Shown in pieces: positions 1 to 11,086 of a stretch of 64,000 nt of DNA (the first letter of the stretch is position 1; each line of letters opens with the position of its first letter). The DNA is taken from NCBI GenBank assembly GCA_963792585.1, contig CAWBWI010000006.1:544001-608000 (forward strand), given 5' to 3'. The translations under genes were made by a program, and so were the position numbers. The notes beneath the pieces were generated by a model, which searched no databases, was not told the DNA's origin, and saw nothing but the letters and a program-made list of their open reading frames with translations. This DNA comes from Candidatus Eiseniibacteriota bacterium. GTDB lineage: Bacteria > Eisenbacteria > RBG-16-71-46 > CAIMUX01 > VGJL01.

Positions 1-1144
1 GGAGTCCCATCAACCCGGCCACGAGCCCGATCTTGCGGATCACAGGACTCTTCTTGAATGCAGGGACGCTCGCGGAGTCCAGCAGCTGGACCACCGGGAC
101 ATCCTGTGTTTCCTGGATCCGTGCGCGGTAGAGCTGCTCCGTGAGAAGCTCGAAGACCGTCTCCTGGATCTTCACCTCGCGCAGGAAGCCCGCGTAGGCG
201 CGGCCCAGTTCGGGCATCTTGTCGAGCCCGACGTCGAGCGGATCCTTCGAGGCGCCCGCCTCTCTGTCGCCGAACTGGAAACCATGCAACTTCTTGCGTA
301 GCTCCATCACCTCGCTCTGGAGCGCCTGGACTTCCGGGTTGTTCGGACGCATCGACTGCAAGGCCACGCCGAGCGCGATCTCGCGGGCGAGAAGCTGCCC
401 CTGCAACGTCCCCGCCGCCTCGATTCCCGCCTTCATCTGTTCGCTGACGTCGATGGCAAGGTGGGAGGATTGGAACTCGGAGAGATCTGCGCTCGCCTTC
501 TCCATCTGGGCAGATGTCGCGGCAACCTGCTGCTCGAGGTAGATCCGGGTCTGCCGGGCGCGGCTCGTGTTCTTTTCGCGGTTGACCTTGTCGAGGCCCT
601 CGGCGAGCGCGTTGCCGATCGCCGCGACCCGACGCTGCGCCCCGGCCTTTGCCGCCTTATCGGGGAAATAGCCGGTGTGCGCCTGGACCGTGACAGTGAT
701 GAGACCGTTGTTGGCCGTGCTCACCGCGACGGCATTCTCCAGCTGGTGGAGGGCAAACGTAGTCGCCTTCAGGGAGTCCTTCTCGGTGATCCCGAAGGCG
801 GAGATCAAGTCGAGCTTGTCGATCGCGTACTTCAGGACGGAACGGCTCCGGATCATATCGGCGTAGAGATCGGAGGTCGCGATCGTCGCGAAGCCGACCT
901 GCAGCATCGCCAGCGTCGACTGGAGACCACCTCCCATGCCGCCGAGAGGGGAAGACTGATCCGGCGGCATGATCGTGAGCGTCGTCTCGTAGGTCGTCGG
1001 GATGATGAAGCCCATGATCCCCGCGATCAGGCCGGCCGCGACGGCGAGACCGATCACCATCCGCCGGCGCCGCGCGACGATCTCGAGGAACGGGACGACC
1101 GGGAGCCTGCCCGCCACGCCGCGGATTTCAGGACTCGCCGTCAT
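1..1144 (-). CDS. Polysaccharide chain-length determinant / co-polymerase (Wzz/GumC-like, GNVR-type C-terminus); runs off the window
   Basis: Not in the ORF track because there is no stop in the window. Manual translation from ATG 1144 (ATGA overlap with the upstream stop): N-terminal TM (MVIGLAVAAGLIAGIMGFIIP), YADMIRSRSV, coiled coil, REVKIQETVFELLTEQLYRARIQE, VQLLDSASVP and the start of a second TM. Confidence 0.85.
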   Translation of the reverse strand, partial: MTASPEIRGVAGRLPVVPFLEIVARRRRMVIGLAVAAGLIAGIMGFIIPTTYETTLTIMPPDQSSPLGGMGGGLQSTLAMLQVGFATIATSDLYADMIRSRSVLKYAIDKLDLISAFGITEKDSLKATTFALHQLENAVAVSTANNGLITVTVQAHTGYFPDKAAKAGAQRRVAAIGNALAEGLDKVNREKNTSRARQTRIYLEQQVAATSAQMEKASADLSEFQSSHLAIDVSEQMKAGIEAAGTLQGQLLAREIALGVALQSMRPNNPEVQALQSEVMELRKKLHGFQFGDREAGASKDPLDVGLDKMPELGRAYAGFLREVKIQETVFELLTEQLYRARIQETQDVPVVQLLDSASVPAFKKSPVIRKIGLVAGLMGL

Positions 1145-2820
1145 TGCGTGCTCGTCTTGATCACCAGGTAGACCGTGGCGACCTGGGAGAGAATCAGGAG
1201 CGTCTCCTTGAGCATCGTGTACCAGTCACGATCGGGCTTGTCCGGTACCCAGATGGTGTCGCCCGGACCGATCATGTCGGCGTCCCCCTTCTTGATCCAC
1301 TCGCCGGTCGAGGCGCGGATGAGGACCGTGCGCCCCTTCGCCGCCTTCCAGGCGTAGCCTCCCGATCGGGCGATGTAGTCGTCGACCGTCAACCCCGGTT
1401 CGTACCGGATGTTGCCGGGGATCGCGACCTGCCCGGCCAGCGTCACATAGGTCTTCTTCAGCGGGACCGTGATGATGTCGCCGTCCCGCAACAGGACGTC
1501 CTGGTCCTTGTCCCCGCTCTCGAAGAGATCGGCGAAGTTGACGGCCATGAGACCTAGCCGCTGGCGCCCTCTCATCTTGAAGTACTCGTACTCCGTGCGG
1601 CTCATATCGGCGGCTGGAACGAGACGGAGGCGCTCGTACTCGGGATCCTTGAGCGATTCGTCCACCCTGCGGACGATGGTCGCCTCACGCAGCGACGCGT
1701 CGCTGGTGAACCCGCCCGCGCGCGCGACCACCTCGCTCAGCGTCGTCTTGTCCTCGTCGACGATGTAGGTGCCGGGGAAGCGGACCTCACCTCGCATCTC
1801 CACACGGTGGCGGATGTCCCAGTTCGGGTCGGTGCGGATCTGAATCGCGTCGCGCGCTTGCAGCGGAAGGCCCAGGACGGCCGCCCTCGGGTCGAGGGAA
1901 CCGTAGAGTAACGAGATCCCCGGCACGGTGCTCCCCGGCGCGTAGCGCGCGATCTCGATCGTATCCAGAGTCGCCTTCTGCGTGAGCCCGCCCGCCAGCC
2001 GGATCATCGCGCCCAGCGAGTCGCCCTCGAGGAACTCGATCTGACCCGGCTTGTTCACCTCGCCGTTGATCATCACCCCTTCGCGGCGGAAGCCGACGAT
2101 GACGATATCGCCGTCCTCGAGGTGGGGATTTGCTTGCAGGTCGCCGGTGCGCCAGAACCCGAGGAGGTCGCACGGGAGCTTCGTTCCATCGCGGTGGATC
2201 AGAGAGATCGATCGATCCGAGGCGTTCGGAAGCGGTCCCCCAGCCTTCTGAATCCCCTCGGAAACGCGGTCGGCCTGGCTCGCCTCGTACTGCCCCGGCG
2301 CCGCGACTTGACCGAGGACGAAGACGGCGAATCGCCGCAGCCGCACGAGGTTCACGATCACCTGGACGTTTCGGAAGGACTTCGCCACCTCTTCGGCGAT
2401 CCGCGCGCGCGCCGCCTCCAATGTCATGTCGGAAACCGGTACGGAGCCGGCCCCGGGCACCAGAACGACTCCTTCGGGCGAGACGACGAGTTCATCGAAG
2501 CGGTGGATCGCTCCCTGCAGGTTCAAACCCAGAACATCCCCCGGACCGACGATGTAGAGGGCGGGATCGATGGGACCCTCGAGAAGCGGCTGCTGAAACG
2601 GTTCCGGAGTCGTTGTCGCTGCCGAGGGCAGCGGACCGAGCCCCCCTTGCGCAGCCTCCTGGGCCTGCTGCTGGAAACGCCGGAGCTCCTGAAGATCGGA
2701 GGCGGATTGCGCGGCGGCCCATCCCACCGCCGTCGAGATCAGGATGACGGCGATCGCCGGGATGATCGACATCCCCCGGGGGCTCGCGCCCCAGAACCGA
2801 CTCCGCAGCCGTCGCATCAT
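1141..2820 (-). CDS. SLBB-domain polysaccharide export protein (Wza/KpsD-like)
   Basis: Signal peptide, YIVGPGDVL Poly_export motif, repeated SLBB units (GQVAAPGQY, GEVNKPG, GEVRFPGTY, GQVAIPG). The start may be the later ATG of MSIIPAI. Confidence 0.88.
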   Translation of the reverse strand: MMRRLRSRFWGASPRGMSIIPAIAVILISTAVGWAAAQSASDLQELRRFQQQAQEAAQGGLGPLPSAATTTPEPFQQPLLEGPIDPALYIVGPGDVLGLNLQGAIHRFDELVVSPEGVVLVPGAGSVPVSDMTLEAARARIAEEVAKSFRNVQVIVNLVRLRRFAVFVLGQVAAPGQYEASQADRVSEGIQKAGGPLPNASDRSISLIHRDGTKLPCDLLGFWRTGDLQANPHLEDGDIVIVGFRREGVMINGEVNKPGQIEFLEGDSLGAMIRLAGGLTQKATLDTIEIARYAPGSTVPGISLLYGSLDPRAAVLGLPLQARDAIQIRTDPNWDIRHRVEMRGEVRFPGTYIVDEDKTTLSEVVARAGGFTSDASLREATIVRRVDESLKDPEYERLRLVPAADMSRTEYEYFKMRGRQRLGLMAVNFADLFESGDKDQDVLLRDGDIITVPLKKTYVTLAGQVAIPGNIRYEPGLTVDDYIARSGGYAWKAAKGRTVLIRASTGEWIKKGDADMIGPGDTIWVPDKPDRDWYTMLKETLLILSQVATVYLVIKTSTQ

Positions 2821-4788
2821 TGATTTCGCAGCGATTCCCCGTGCACCACCGTCAGCCAGCGGTGCGGCAGTGGATGGACTTGCCTCGCCTCCAGAACCGG
2901 CGCCGATTCCTGGCTCCCGTAGCGGCGGGAGGTCGGCTCCGCACCAATCTGCCAGGATGCCGAGGTGGGGCGCAACAGGATAAACCGGGCTCTCCCGGAG
3001 GGGACCTCGACCAGGCAGGTCAACCTCCCACGGTCTGCTTCGAGACGGGCTCCAGCGCCAGGGGCCAAGCGGAAGCGCAGGACCGACTCGATCGCGCCCG
3101 CATCGCGGCGCGGGCGCTGGACCGCAAGGGTATCCTCGATGCAGAGAAGACCGAGGCGGACATGGACCCGCCGTGTGTGGATCAGATCCTCACCGAATCC
3201 CTCGTGCCAGCCGACGATGTCCGGAGGGTCCGCTCGAAGCAGTTGCGCCCCGCACGGCACGCCGGCCGGCCCCTCGAAGGTCCTGAGGAGATCGATCGGA
3301 CTCTGCTCCCGCTCCCCCACTTGCAGGGTCGAGTGGGCGGCCGTCGCACGGAGCCGCTGGCGAAGCACGCGATCGCAGCCGTATCCCCCCGTGCCGGGAT
3401 CGATCAGGAGCGGCGCGCCATCCAGTTCGAGCACGATCGAGAGGAGATCGTTGTGGGAGTGGGTCGGCAGCCAACCTCCTCCCTTCCCGCGCACGATCAT
3501 GAGACCGCTCAGGGGCGGCGATTCGAAGCGAATGAACCCTTGGGCCAGACGCGTCGCGCCAAAGGGCGGCCTCGCTTCCCCGCGCGCGGGAGCCCCCAAC
3601 CAGAGGGCCGCCTCGACCGCCTCGGGCCGCGCGCGCAGACCGGGGATGTCGAGGAGCGCTTCAGCCGCTTGCAAGACCGCTTCCGGATCGAGCGGATCCC
3701 TGGCCTCGAACGGGCGGTAGCCGAAGGGGGGAAAGAAGGAATCGTCCCCGTCCCCCACGAAGGGCATTCCCGAACCGAGCCGCGCCGCGCTCAAGTGCAA
3801 TGCGAGCGCCCGCAACGGCGTCTCCAGATCCTCCCGCTCCTCCGGGGTCAGGACGGCAAACGCAACGAGCCCCGCCTCGAGGCAGAAGCGCTCGTAGGGC
3901 AACGAGCCCTCCGCATGCGCGCCTCCCGGGCAGCACCTGTTCGGTGAGACACGCGCGCAATCCGGCGACTCCCATGGATCGCCACCGTTCCCCGGCCACG
4001 GTCTCGCGAAACAATCGACCGAGGATGCAGAGTCCGGCGTGATCCGCGAGGGTGTGGTTCGTGGTGAAGCCGAGCGGATGGCGTTCGATGTGGTGCTCGA
4101 GGAATATCCCGTGCAGGAACAGCAGGCGGACCATCCGTTCGCGCCATTCCGGCGTCAGCGCGGGCGCGCCGCGAAAGAACTCGAGCGCGAACGTCCACGA
4201 TGCTGCGCGGATCGCAACCTCCATCCCGACCGCCCAGTGGATTGTCCGAAATGCAGGGCAGCCGCGGTTGAACGCGTCGACCTGGGCCAGAAAGGCCTCC
4301 AGGGCGTCGGGCTCGCCCGACGTCACATGAACCCGGGCGAGGCAGAGCGCGTGGTGGAAGCGCGCGGCTTCCCATTGCATCCGAACGTCTCCGGGTCGCT
4401 TGGGATCGTCGAGACGGATCTGGGCATGCCCGCGTCGCGGCCATGGAGTGTCCCGGAGCGGATCGCGGTGCCATGCGGTCGGATCGAGGAGATCGTAGTC
4501 ATGACCGAAAAGACGGATCGTTCCGCGAAGCGCCCCCGCGGCATCGCTGAGGGCGCGCTCCGTGTCCATCACATTCCGTGCGCGCTCCACGGGAGATTCC
4601 GGGAGGACGAGCGATTCGGGTCCCTGTGACGCGAGACGTTCGCCGACCAACCGCCGCTCCTCCCCCGTCAGGAGGACGCCCGCGCGAGCGCGGCGCAGCA
4701 GACGCTCGTCCGCTACCGTGTGGCGGCGGGCGCTGACCTCGCGCCGGGCGCGTCCGAGCGCGCGTTTCCAGACCGACCGCCGGCTCAC
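2817..4788 (-). CDS. Heparinase II/III family protein; one frameshift near 3925
   Basis: ORFs 3661-4788 (WEAARFHH, MEVAIRAASW, TNHTLAD) and 2817-3902 (HSHNDLLS, LIDPGTGGY, RATAAHSTL) join in register as one family member. Confidence 0.8.
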
Positions 4789-5855
4789 GCTCCCGCTCCG
4801 ATCGGCTCCAGGATCAGGGCGCAGATCTCCTCCGCCAGCCCGGCGCGCGCCATGGCGGGCTTACGCTCCGCGCTCTTGGAGATCACGATCTTCGCGAGAT
4901 CGGACTTCGGTGCGCACCTGGATGAGCCGTCCCTGGTCGATCAGCCAGCGATCGACCGAGCCCAGCGGCGCCGCGAGGACCGTATATGCGGGGGTCCCCA
5001 GAAGCGCCGCCTCGCGGTTCATCGTCCCGCCCGCGCTCACGACGAGATCGGCTCGGGAGAGCAGATCGAGCCCGCGGACGCTGCGCGCGAGGACGCGGAC
5101 ATTCGCGTCCTGCCGGGCGAGGATCTGACGATTCTGTTCTTCCGTGCGCGGCGCGACGAGCACGCGCGCCCTCGCGTCGCCGGAGAGACGGGCCACCACC
5201 TGGTCGAACAGGGCGTTCTCGAATCCGTGATAGAGAGCGAAGGTGGCCGGAGGACGCAACACGGCGAGAATGTCCCGTCGAGATCCCACGAGGCATCGGG
5301 CGCCGGCTCGATCGAGGAGCGGAGAATCGTGTCGAACCCGGGATCCCGGCGGAAGCCGGCAAGATAGACCTCTTCCTTGAGACCGGAATAGCGGCGCACG
5401 TGCCCGGGCGGGGCGCCGCAGCGCCGGAGATCGGCGTCGGGAAACGGAAACGGCACGATCACGCGTTGCGCGAGCCGGAAGCTCATGTGATTCGCCGGCT
5501 GGTGCTCGTAGTCCATCAGCGTCACCGCCGGAATTCCCAGGAGCCGCGCGGCCAGGATCTGCCCGTAGGAACCGTGGCTCACGGCACGTTCGATCCCACG
5601 GCCACGCGCGAATCGGACCAATGCAAGGGCGCGATCGCCCATCCGCAGCGCCTTCGCAATTCGGTTGCGTCCGGTGTGACCGCCGATCACCTCCGCATCC
5701 AGGTCGTATGTCCGCAGCAACGCCACCGTCTGGGCGAAATCGCGCGCGGTCAGGATGAGTTCCACCCCCCGAGCCCGCAAGAGCGGGATCAGCGGGGCGA
5801 AGAAGAGGACATGAGGAGAGTTGGCAAAGTCGATCCAGATGCGGCGTTCGCTCAT
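4785..5855 (-). CDS. DUF354 family protein (GT-B-like); two apparent frameshifts near 5285 and 4900
   Basis: IWIDFANSPHVLFF N-terminus, GGTMNREAALLGTP motif. The repaired C-terminus ends at TGA 4785, overlapping the GTG start of the next gene. Confidence 0.8.
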
Positions 5856-5880
5856 CGATCCTCCCGACCGCCCCATCCTA

Positions 5881-6230
5881 TCATTCTTCCCGCGGTTTCC
5901 GCCGCCGCAGCGCGTCCAGCCATTCCTCCGCCTCCGCGCGCGCCCCGCGCAGGGAGAGTCCCGACCGGGCAAGCGCGAGCGAACCGATCGCCCAGAACGG
6001 CGCCGTGAGGATCACGAAGGCGGCGATGGAGAATCCCGCCGCGCGGGCTTTGTCGATCCCGAAGAACGACAGCGCGACGACGCAGAAGAACTGGTAGGTG
6101 CCGACGTTCCCCGGAGCGTTCGGAATCGAGGTTCCCAGGTGGACGATCAGCAGGACGAGCAGGAATGCGGAGACGACCGCGCCACGATGATCGCCGATAC
6201 GGTCCCTACCAAGGCCATCCGTGCCCGCAT
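5881..6230 (-). CDS. Short flippase-like (UPF0104/YbhN, LPG-synthase TM) protein, C-terminal half only; frameshift near 6180
   Basis: GTSIPNAPGNVGTYQFFCVVALSFFGIDKARAAGFSI is typical of the UPF0104 C-terminus. ATG 6230 has a GGAGG SD and lies in another frame. Confidence 0.5.
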
Positions 6231-6300
6231 GCCCGACGCACCTCCGTGCTTGACCCCACCGGCCGGATCGGGTTCCTTCCAGGGGTGATCGAGTCCCAGA

Positions 6301-8263
6301 ATGAACCGATCGAAAGATAACACGGCGGCGTGCGGCCCATGGGGACGACCGGAGGCGGTCTCCTGGTGGTTGCTGCTCGTCGCGGCGGGGATCTGGAGCG
6401 CCTCGCGCGCGGTCAGCTCGGGCGACCTGTGGGTCGCTCTCGGCTGCGGCCGATACACCCTCGCCCACGGCGTGGGCCGGATCGATCCATTCTCTTTCAC
6501 CTCTCCCGCGGGAATGTGGGTCAACCAGAACTGGCTCTCTCACGTCCTTCTGACCTGGATCTACGCCGCCGCGGGCCTCGCGGGCCTGGGTCTCTGGAAA
6601 GCGATCGTCTGCGGTGCGATCGGCTGGCTCACGGCATCCACGGCGCGATCCCTCGGCGCGGGCCGCTGGATCGCGCTCCTGGCCGGGGTAGCGCTCGGCG
6701 CTGGCCGGGCGGCCCTTCTTCGACATCCGCCCAAACCTCCACTCGATCCTCCTCGGCGCGCTCCTGATCCGTTGGCTCGTGGGACTCGAGAGACGCGGGC
6801 GGCGGGACTGGATCGTTCCGGTGGGGCTGATGATCGTCTGGGCGAACACCCACGGCGGGTTCCTCTTCGGAATCCTGGCGCTCGGCGTCTCGACCGTCAC
6901 CCTCGTTGCCCTGCGCCGCGCGCCGCGTGCGCTGCTCCTGCTTCCGCTCGCCGCGTGCATCGCGAGCATCGTCTCGCCGTACGGGATCACGAATCTCACG
7001 CACCCGTGGGTCGTGACGGCGGGTCCGGCCGCGAAGCACTGGCGGGGCGTAGCCGAGTGGAGACCCCCTTACGGCCCCGGATCGCTTGCCGAGCCCGGCG
7101 TGCGGGCCTTCTGGATCCTCGCGGTTGCGGGACTCTCGGCAGTTCTGTTCGGTTTCGCCGGAGCGCGCCGTCGTCGGATGGCGCCCCTGCTCCCGCTCGC
7201 GGCGGTCGCGCTGGCGGCCTTCCTCCTGGCCCTCATGAGCCGGCGCTTCACCCCGCTCTTCGCCGTGGCCTCGCTTCCACTGATCGCCGCCGTTCTCGGG
7301 GCGGCGATCCGGCTTCCTCGCATCCCCCGCATCGTTCCGATTGCGCTCGCCGGGGTCTGCGCCGTTGTCGCGCTCGTCGAGGTGGGACAGCGCCTGTTGG
7401 TTCCGAACGACCTGTGGGGCGCGAAGGTCCCCTGGTCGCAGCGCCTGGTGCGCGCGGACGAGCAGCCGGCGGAGGCGGTCCACTTCCTTCTGGGCTCCGG
7501 CGCGCGCGGCCGGCTCTTCACCGACTGGACCTGGGGAGGCTATCTCCTCAACGCAGTTCCGTTCGACGGCGCCGAACCGCGATACCGCATCTACATCGAC
7601 GGACGCGCGCAGGCCGCCTACCCCGCCTCCGTTTCCCTCGACCTCCAGAACGTCGAGGCCGCCGCCGCGTCCCGCGACGCCGCCATGGTGCGCGCATTCC
7701 TCGATCGCCATCGGATCGAGATCGTCCTGCTCGACCGGCGCGGGCCCGGCCTGGCGCCGATCGTTCCCGATCTGCCGGGCTGGCAGGCGATCTACGGGGA
7801 TGATAAGTGCGTTCTCGTCGTGCGGGACGAGATCGTTCCAACCCTCGCGGCCGGCCCGTTTCCGGACGCGGCGACGGCCGAGGCGTGCGCCTCCCTGCGG
7901 CTGCGAACGGGGGGAGCGTTTGGATCCGCCGAGATTCGCGAAGCCTTCGACCACGCCGAGCGATCCGTCCAACTCCATCCGACCACCTTCGGCGTGACGG
8001 AGATGACCCGCGTGGCCCTTGCATCGCCGGCGTCTCCCGATTCCGATCTGCGCGCGCGCGCGGCGGCCGCCTGCGCGCGCGTCCTGGCGGCCCCCATCAT
8101 CGACACGCCCTACCTCGTTCTCACGACCCGCGCGAACACGGCCCAGTGTAGGTCGGTTCTCGCGCGAGGATCAGGCGACGCGACAACCGCCGAGCGGATG
8201 CGGGCGGAAGCGGTCGCCCTCTCGGATCGCGCCGCTGAGATTCCTCCCCGCTATCTGCGCTGA
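6301..8263 (+). CDS. Multi-pass membrane protein, probable GT-C fold glycosyltransferase; frameshift near 6710
   Basis: ORFs 6301- and 6779-8263 join: DLWVALGCGR, IDPFSFT, WVNQNWLS, WANTHGGF, EWRPP, WGGYL, IYIDGR. Confidence 0.65.
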
Positions 8264-9837
8264 GGAGCTTCGCCGGCCAATTCGACCTCGCGCACCTCGA
8301 GGCCGGGAGAGCCGTCTGCGTACGGGAACGTGGCAAGCAAGCGGCCGGCCCGCATCTCTCCCGGGGGGACGATCGCGAGCAAGCGACCCGTCAAGAGCGG
8401 GCGCGCGGCCTCCGCATCCCGGGAGTCGTGGATGTAGAGGATCCTGCCCGAGCGGTGGACGATGTGAAATGTCTCGGTCCGCGTGACGACCTTCTCCTCG
8501 GTCTGATACGCGCGGGGCGTCTGGAGTCCGTAGAGGATCGAATAGACATACGCCTGCGGATTCGACTCGGCGCTCATCACGATCGTCTCGCTCTCGACGT
8601 CGCGAGCAGCGGCGAAACGGATCGCGCGGACGTACGCGGAATGATAAAGAGGTTCGACCGCGCGCGCATAACCTCCTGTGAATGCGGTCGCGAAGACGAT
8701 CAAGTTCCCCGCTCCGACGGCGCCCAGCAGGACTGCCATGCAGATGCGCGCGCCGCGACTGCGGAGCCACCGGAACGCAGCATCGATACCGCCGCCCCCT
8801 AGAATCTCGAAGACCGGCAATCCTACGGCGGCGCGCAGCGCGTGGGGCACGTACTCGGGACGGTCGCCGAGCGAGCCTGCGGACGCGATCGGGTAGAGAA
8901 GGAACCACGCGAGGATCAGTCGATCCCACGAGTCCCGCCTGCGGGCGGCAACCCACAACCCGGCGGGGAGCGCCACGACCAACGGCCAGGCAAGCTCTCC
9001 CAGACCTGCGGGCGCATGCAGCGGATTCCCGTCTCCATGAAGAAAGAGGAAGCCCGGCAGATAGTGCGCCGCGTATTGCTTCAGGAGGAGTCCGACTCCC
9101 GCGCCGAATGGTTCTACATTGCCAAGGACGGAGGCGAATCGCGCCCGCGCGAGCAAGCGGTCCGGGTGCGCGAGCGCGGCAACGATCAGCGGCACGGCGG
9201 CAAGGACGAGGAAGAGCAGGAACCATCGCCCGGCCCGCTCCCGCTTCGGGCCGAAACCCGCCATGGCGCAGACCCCCACCATCACCGGCGCGAACAGCCG
9301 ATAGGACGGATAGGTGTACAGACCCGCTCCGAGGATCAGGCCGGCGATCCGCCATCGGCCGGAGGCGACCAGCCAGAGGGCGGTGACGAGGAAGGCGGGG
9401 GTGATCGACGCCTCGTGTCCAAACCGCGAGAGGTAGATGTGCCATGGAGAGATCGCGAGCAAGAGCGCGGCAAACGAGGCGGCGCGCTCGTTCCTGACAC
9501 GCCGGACGAACAAGAAGGTCGCGAGCACCGTCCACGCGCCCAGGAGCGCGGCGGGCAGTCTGGTCGCGGTCGTGCCGGGGCCGAAGAGCGCGGTGCCGGG
9601 AATCGCCAGAACCGCATAGAGCGAGGTCCGGTTGTCCCCGGCGCCGAAGCCCTCGAGGAAGACCGGCCAGACACGCCCCGCGCGGTCCGCGCCGGTTGTC
9701 ATCAGACTCCAGGCGTCCACGCCATTGGACGCCTCGTCCTGATGGATCGCCGGCGGCCAGCGGTCGAGTCCGGGCAGCCGCAGCATCAGCGCGAGGAGGA
9801 GGATTGCCGCGGGCGCGAGGAACGGCCTAGTGCGCAT
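8251..9837 (-). CDS. ArnT/PMT-family (GT39/GT83-like) membrane glycosyltransferase
   Basis: RLPGLDRWPPAIHQDEASNGVDAWSL loop with DE motif, RLPAALLG, SPWHIYLSR, many TMs. Confidence 0.8.
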   Translation of the reverse strand: MRTRPFLAPAAILLLALMLRLPGLDRWPPAIHQDEASNGVDAWSLMTTGADRAGRVWPVFLEGFGAGDNRTSLYAVLAIPGTALFGPGTTATRLPAALLGAWTVLATFLFVRRVRNERAASFAALLLAISPWHIYLSRFGHEASITPAFLVTALWLVASGRWRIAGLILGAGLYTYPSYRLFAPVMVGVCAMAGFGPKRERAGRWFLLFLVLAAVPLIVAALAHPDRLLARARFASVLGNVEPFGAGVGLLLKQYAAHYLPGFLFLHGDGNPLHAPAGLGELAWPLVVALPAGLWVAARRRDSWDRLILAWFLLYPIASAGSLGDRPEYVPHALRAAVGLPVFEILGGGGIDAAFRWLRSRGARICMAVLLGAVGAGNLIVFATAFTGGYARAVEPLYHSAYVRAIRFAAARDVESETIVMSAESNPQAYVYSILYGLQTPRAYQTEEKVVTRTETFHIVHRSGRILYIHDSRDAEAARPLLTGRLLAIVPPGEMRAGRLLATFPYADGSPGLEVREVELAGEAPQRR

Positions 9838-11086
9838 CCGCCCCTCCCTCCCGAACGTCCTGGCGCACGAGCAGGAAGGCGATTGCGCAGAACCCAAGGG
9901 CGACGAGGACGCCATCGAGTGTCCCCACGCGGACGATTCTGCCGATGACGGCGGTTCCGGGCACCACGTAGAGCAGATTCAGGAAGACACCGAGCGAGAG
10001 GAGCAGGTAGAGGGTCGTCGCCCGGCGATCGAGGACCGCCGCGACGGCGAAGCTCACGAGCGCCGGGGCCAGGTAACGCTCGTGGACCTGCGTCGGCAGC
10101 AGGAAGAAGGCGAGCCACTGCAGCGTGAGCAACCGCCACGCGCGCGGCCCGTCGATCCGTCCTGCACATCTCCAGACGATCCACGCGGTCGCCGCGAGGA
10201 AGAGGGCGATCCCGATCGCGTGCGGCGTGATGCCCACCGCGAGCGGGGTCGCGTCCGTCGGGAGAGGGGCGGCGTGCGCCCCGCCCGTCAGGACGGTCGC
10301 GATCCACCAGGGATTGAACGCCTTGACCGAGAGCATCGGGTAGACGCCGCCCGCGCCGGCGTAGATCTCGTAGAGCCGCCGGCCGTACCCCGCAATCAAG
10401 AAGGGCGCGCAGATCAAACCCGCCGTGCAGGCTCCGAGGGCTACGGCGCGCCCGAGACCCCGGGCGCCCGATCGCCTCGCGATCAAGACCGCCGCCGCCG
10501 GCAGAATGATCAATCCCTGCGGTTTGGTCAAGACACCGAGCGCCAGGAGGATTCCCGACACGCCCGCCGCACCCGAGAGGGCGGCGAACCATGCCGCTGC
10601 CGCCAATCCGCCGTGCAGGATATCGACCTGCCCCCAGTAGGCCGAGAGCCAGATCCACACGGGGTTGAGCGCCATCATCGCCGCGGCGCCCCGGGGACCG
10701 ATGCCGCCCGCCCTGCGGCGCGCGAGCCGCGCGAGCAAGACCGCGGCCACGAGATCCGCGAGAACCGCCGGGATCTTCACGAAGACGGTGAGCCAGGCCG
10801 AATCGACCGCCGCGGGCCAGATCCAGAGGTAGAGCCGCCCGAGCAGCCAGAGGAGGTAGAGGAAGACGGGTGGATAGGTCTGCCCCGGCAGTTCCAGGGA
10901 GTAGACGTTCGCGATGCCGTACTGCGTTGCGTAGCTGAGCCACGACTTCCAGAAGACGATGTCGGGCGTGTAACCCACCTGGGGCATGAACGCAGCGCGT
11001 ATCAGCAACCCCGCGAAGAGCACCAGGAGGATCGAGGAGCCGGACCGCGCCCCCTTCCTTCCCGCGGCGCCGCCCCCCGCTTTCAG
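9827..11086 (-). CDS. Membrane GT-C mannosyltransferase-like protein (GT87/DUF2029-like)
   Basis: YPPVFLY, KIPAVLAD, LNP..SAYWGQVD, KPQG, PTQVHERY. The start is either CTG 11086 (strong SD) or GTG 11023. Confidence 0.72.
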   Translation of the reverse strand: MKAGGGAAGRKGARSGSSILLVLFAGLLIRAAFMPQVGYTPDIVFWKSWLSYATQYGIANVYSLELPGQTYPPVFLYLLWLLGRLYLWIWPAAVDSAWLTVFVKIPAVLADLVAAVLLARLARRRAGGIGPRGAAAMMALNPVWIWLSAYWGQVDILHGGLAAAAWFAALSGAAGVSGILLALGVLTKPQGLIILPAAAVLIARRSGARGLGRAVALGACTAGLICAPFLIAGYGRRLYEIYAGAGGVYPMLSVKAFNPWWIATVLTGGAHAAPLPTDATPLAVGITPHAIGIALFLAATAWIVWRCAGRIDGPRAWRLLTLQWLAFFLLPTQVHERYLAPALVSFAVAAVLDRRATTLYLLLSLGVFLNLLYVVPGTAVIGRIVRVGTLDGVLVALGFCAIAFLLVRQDVREGGADAH

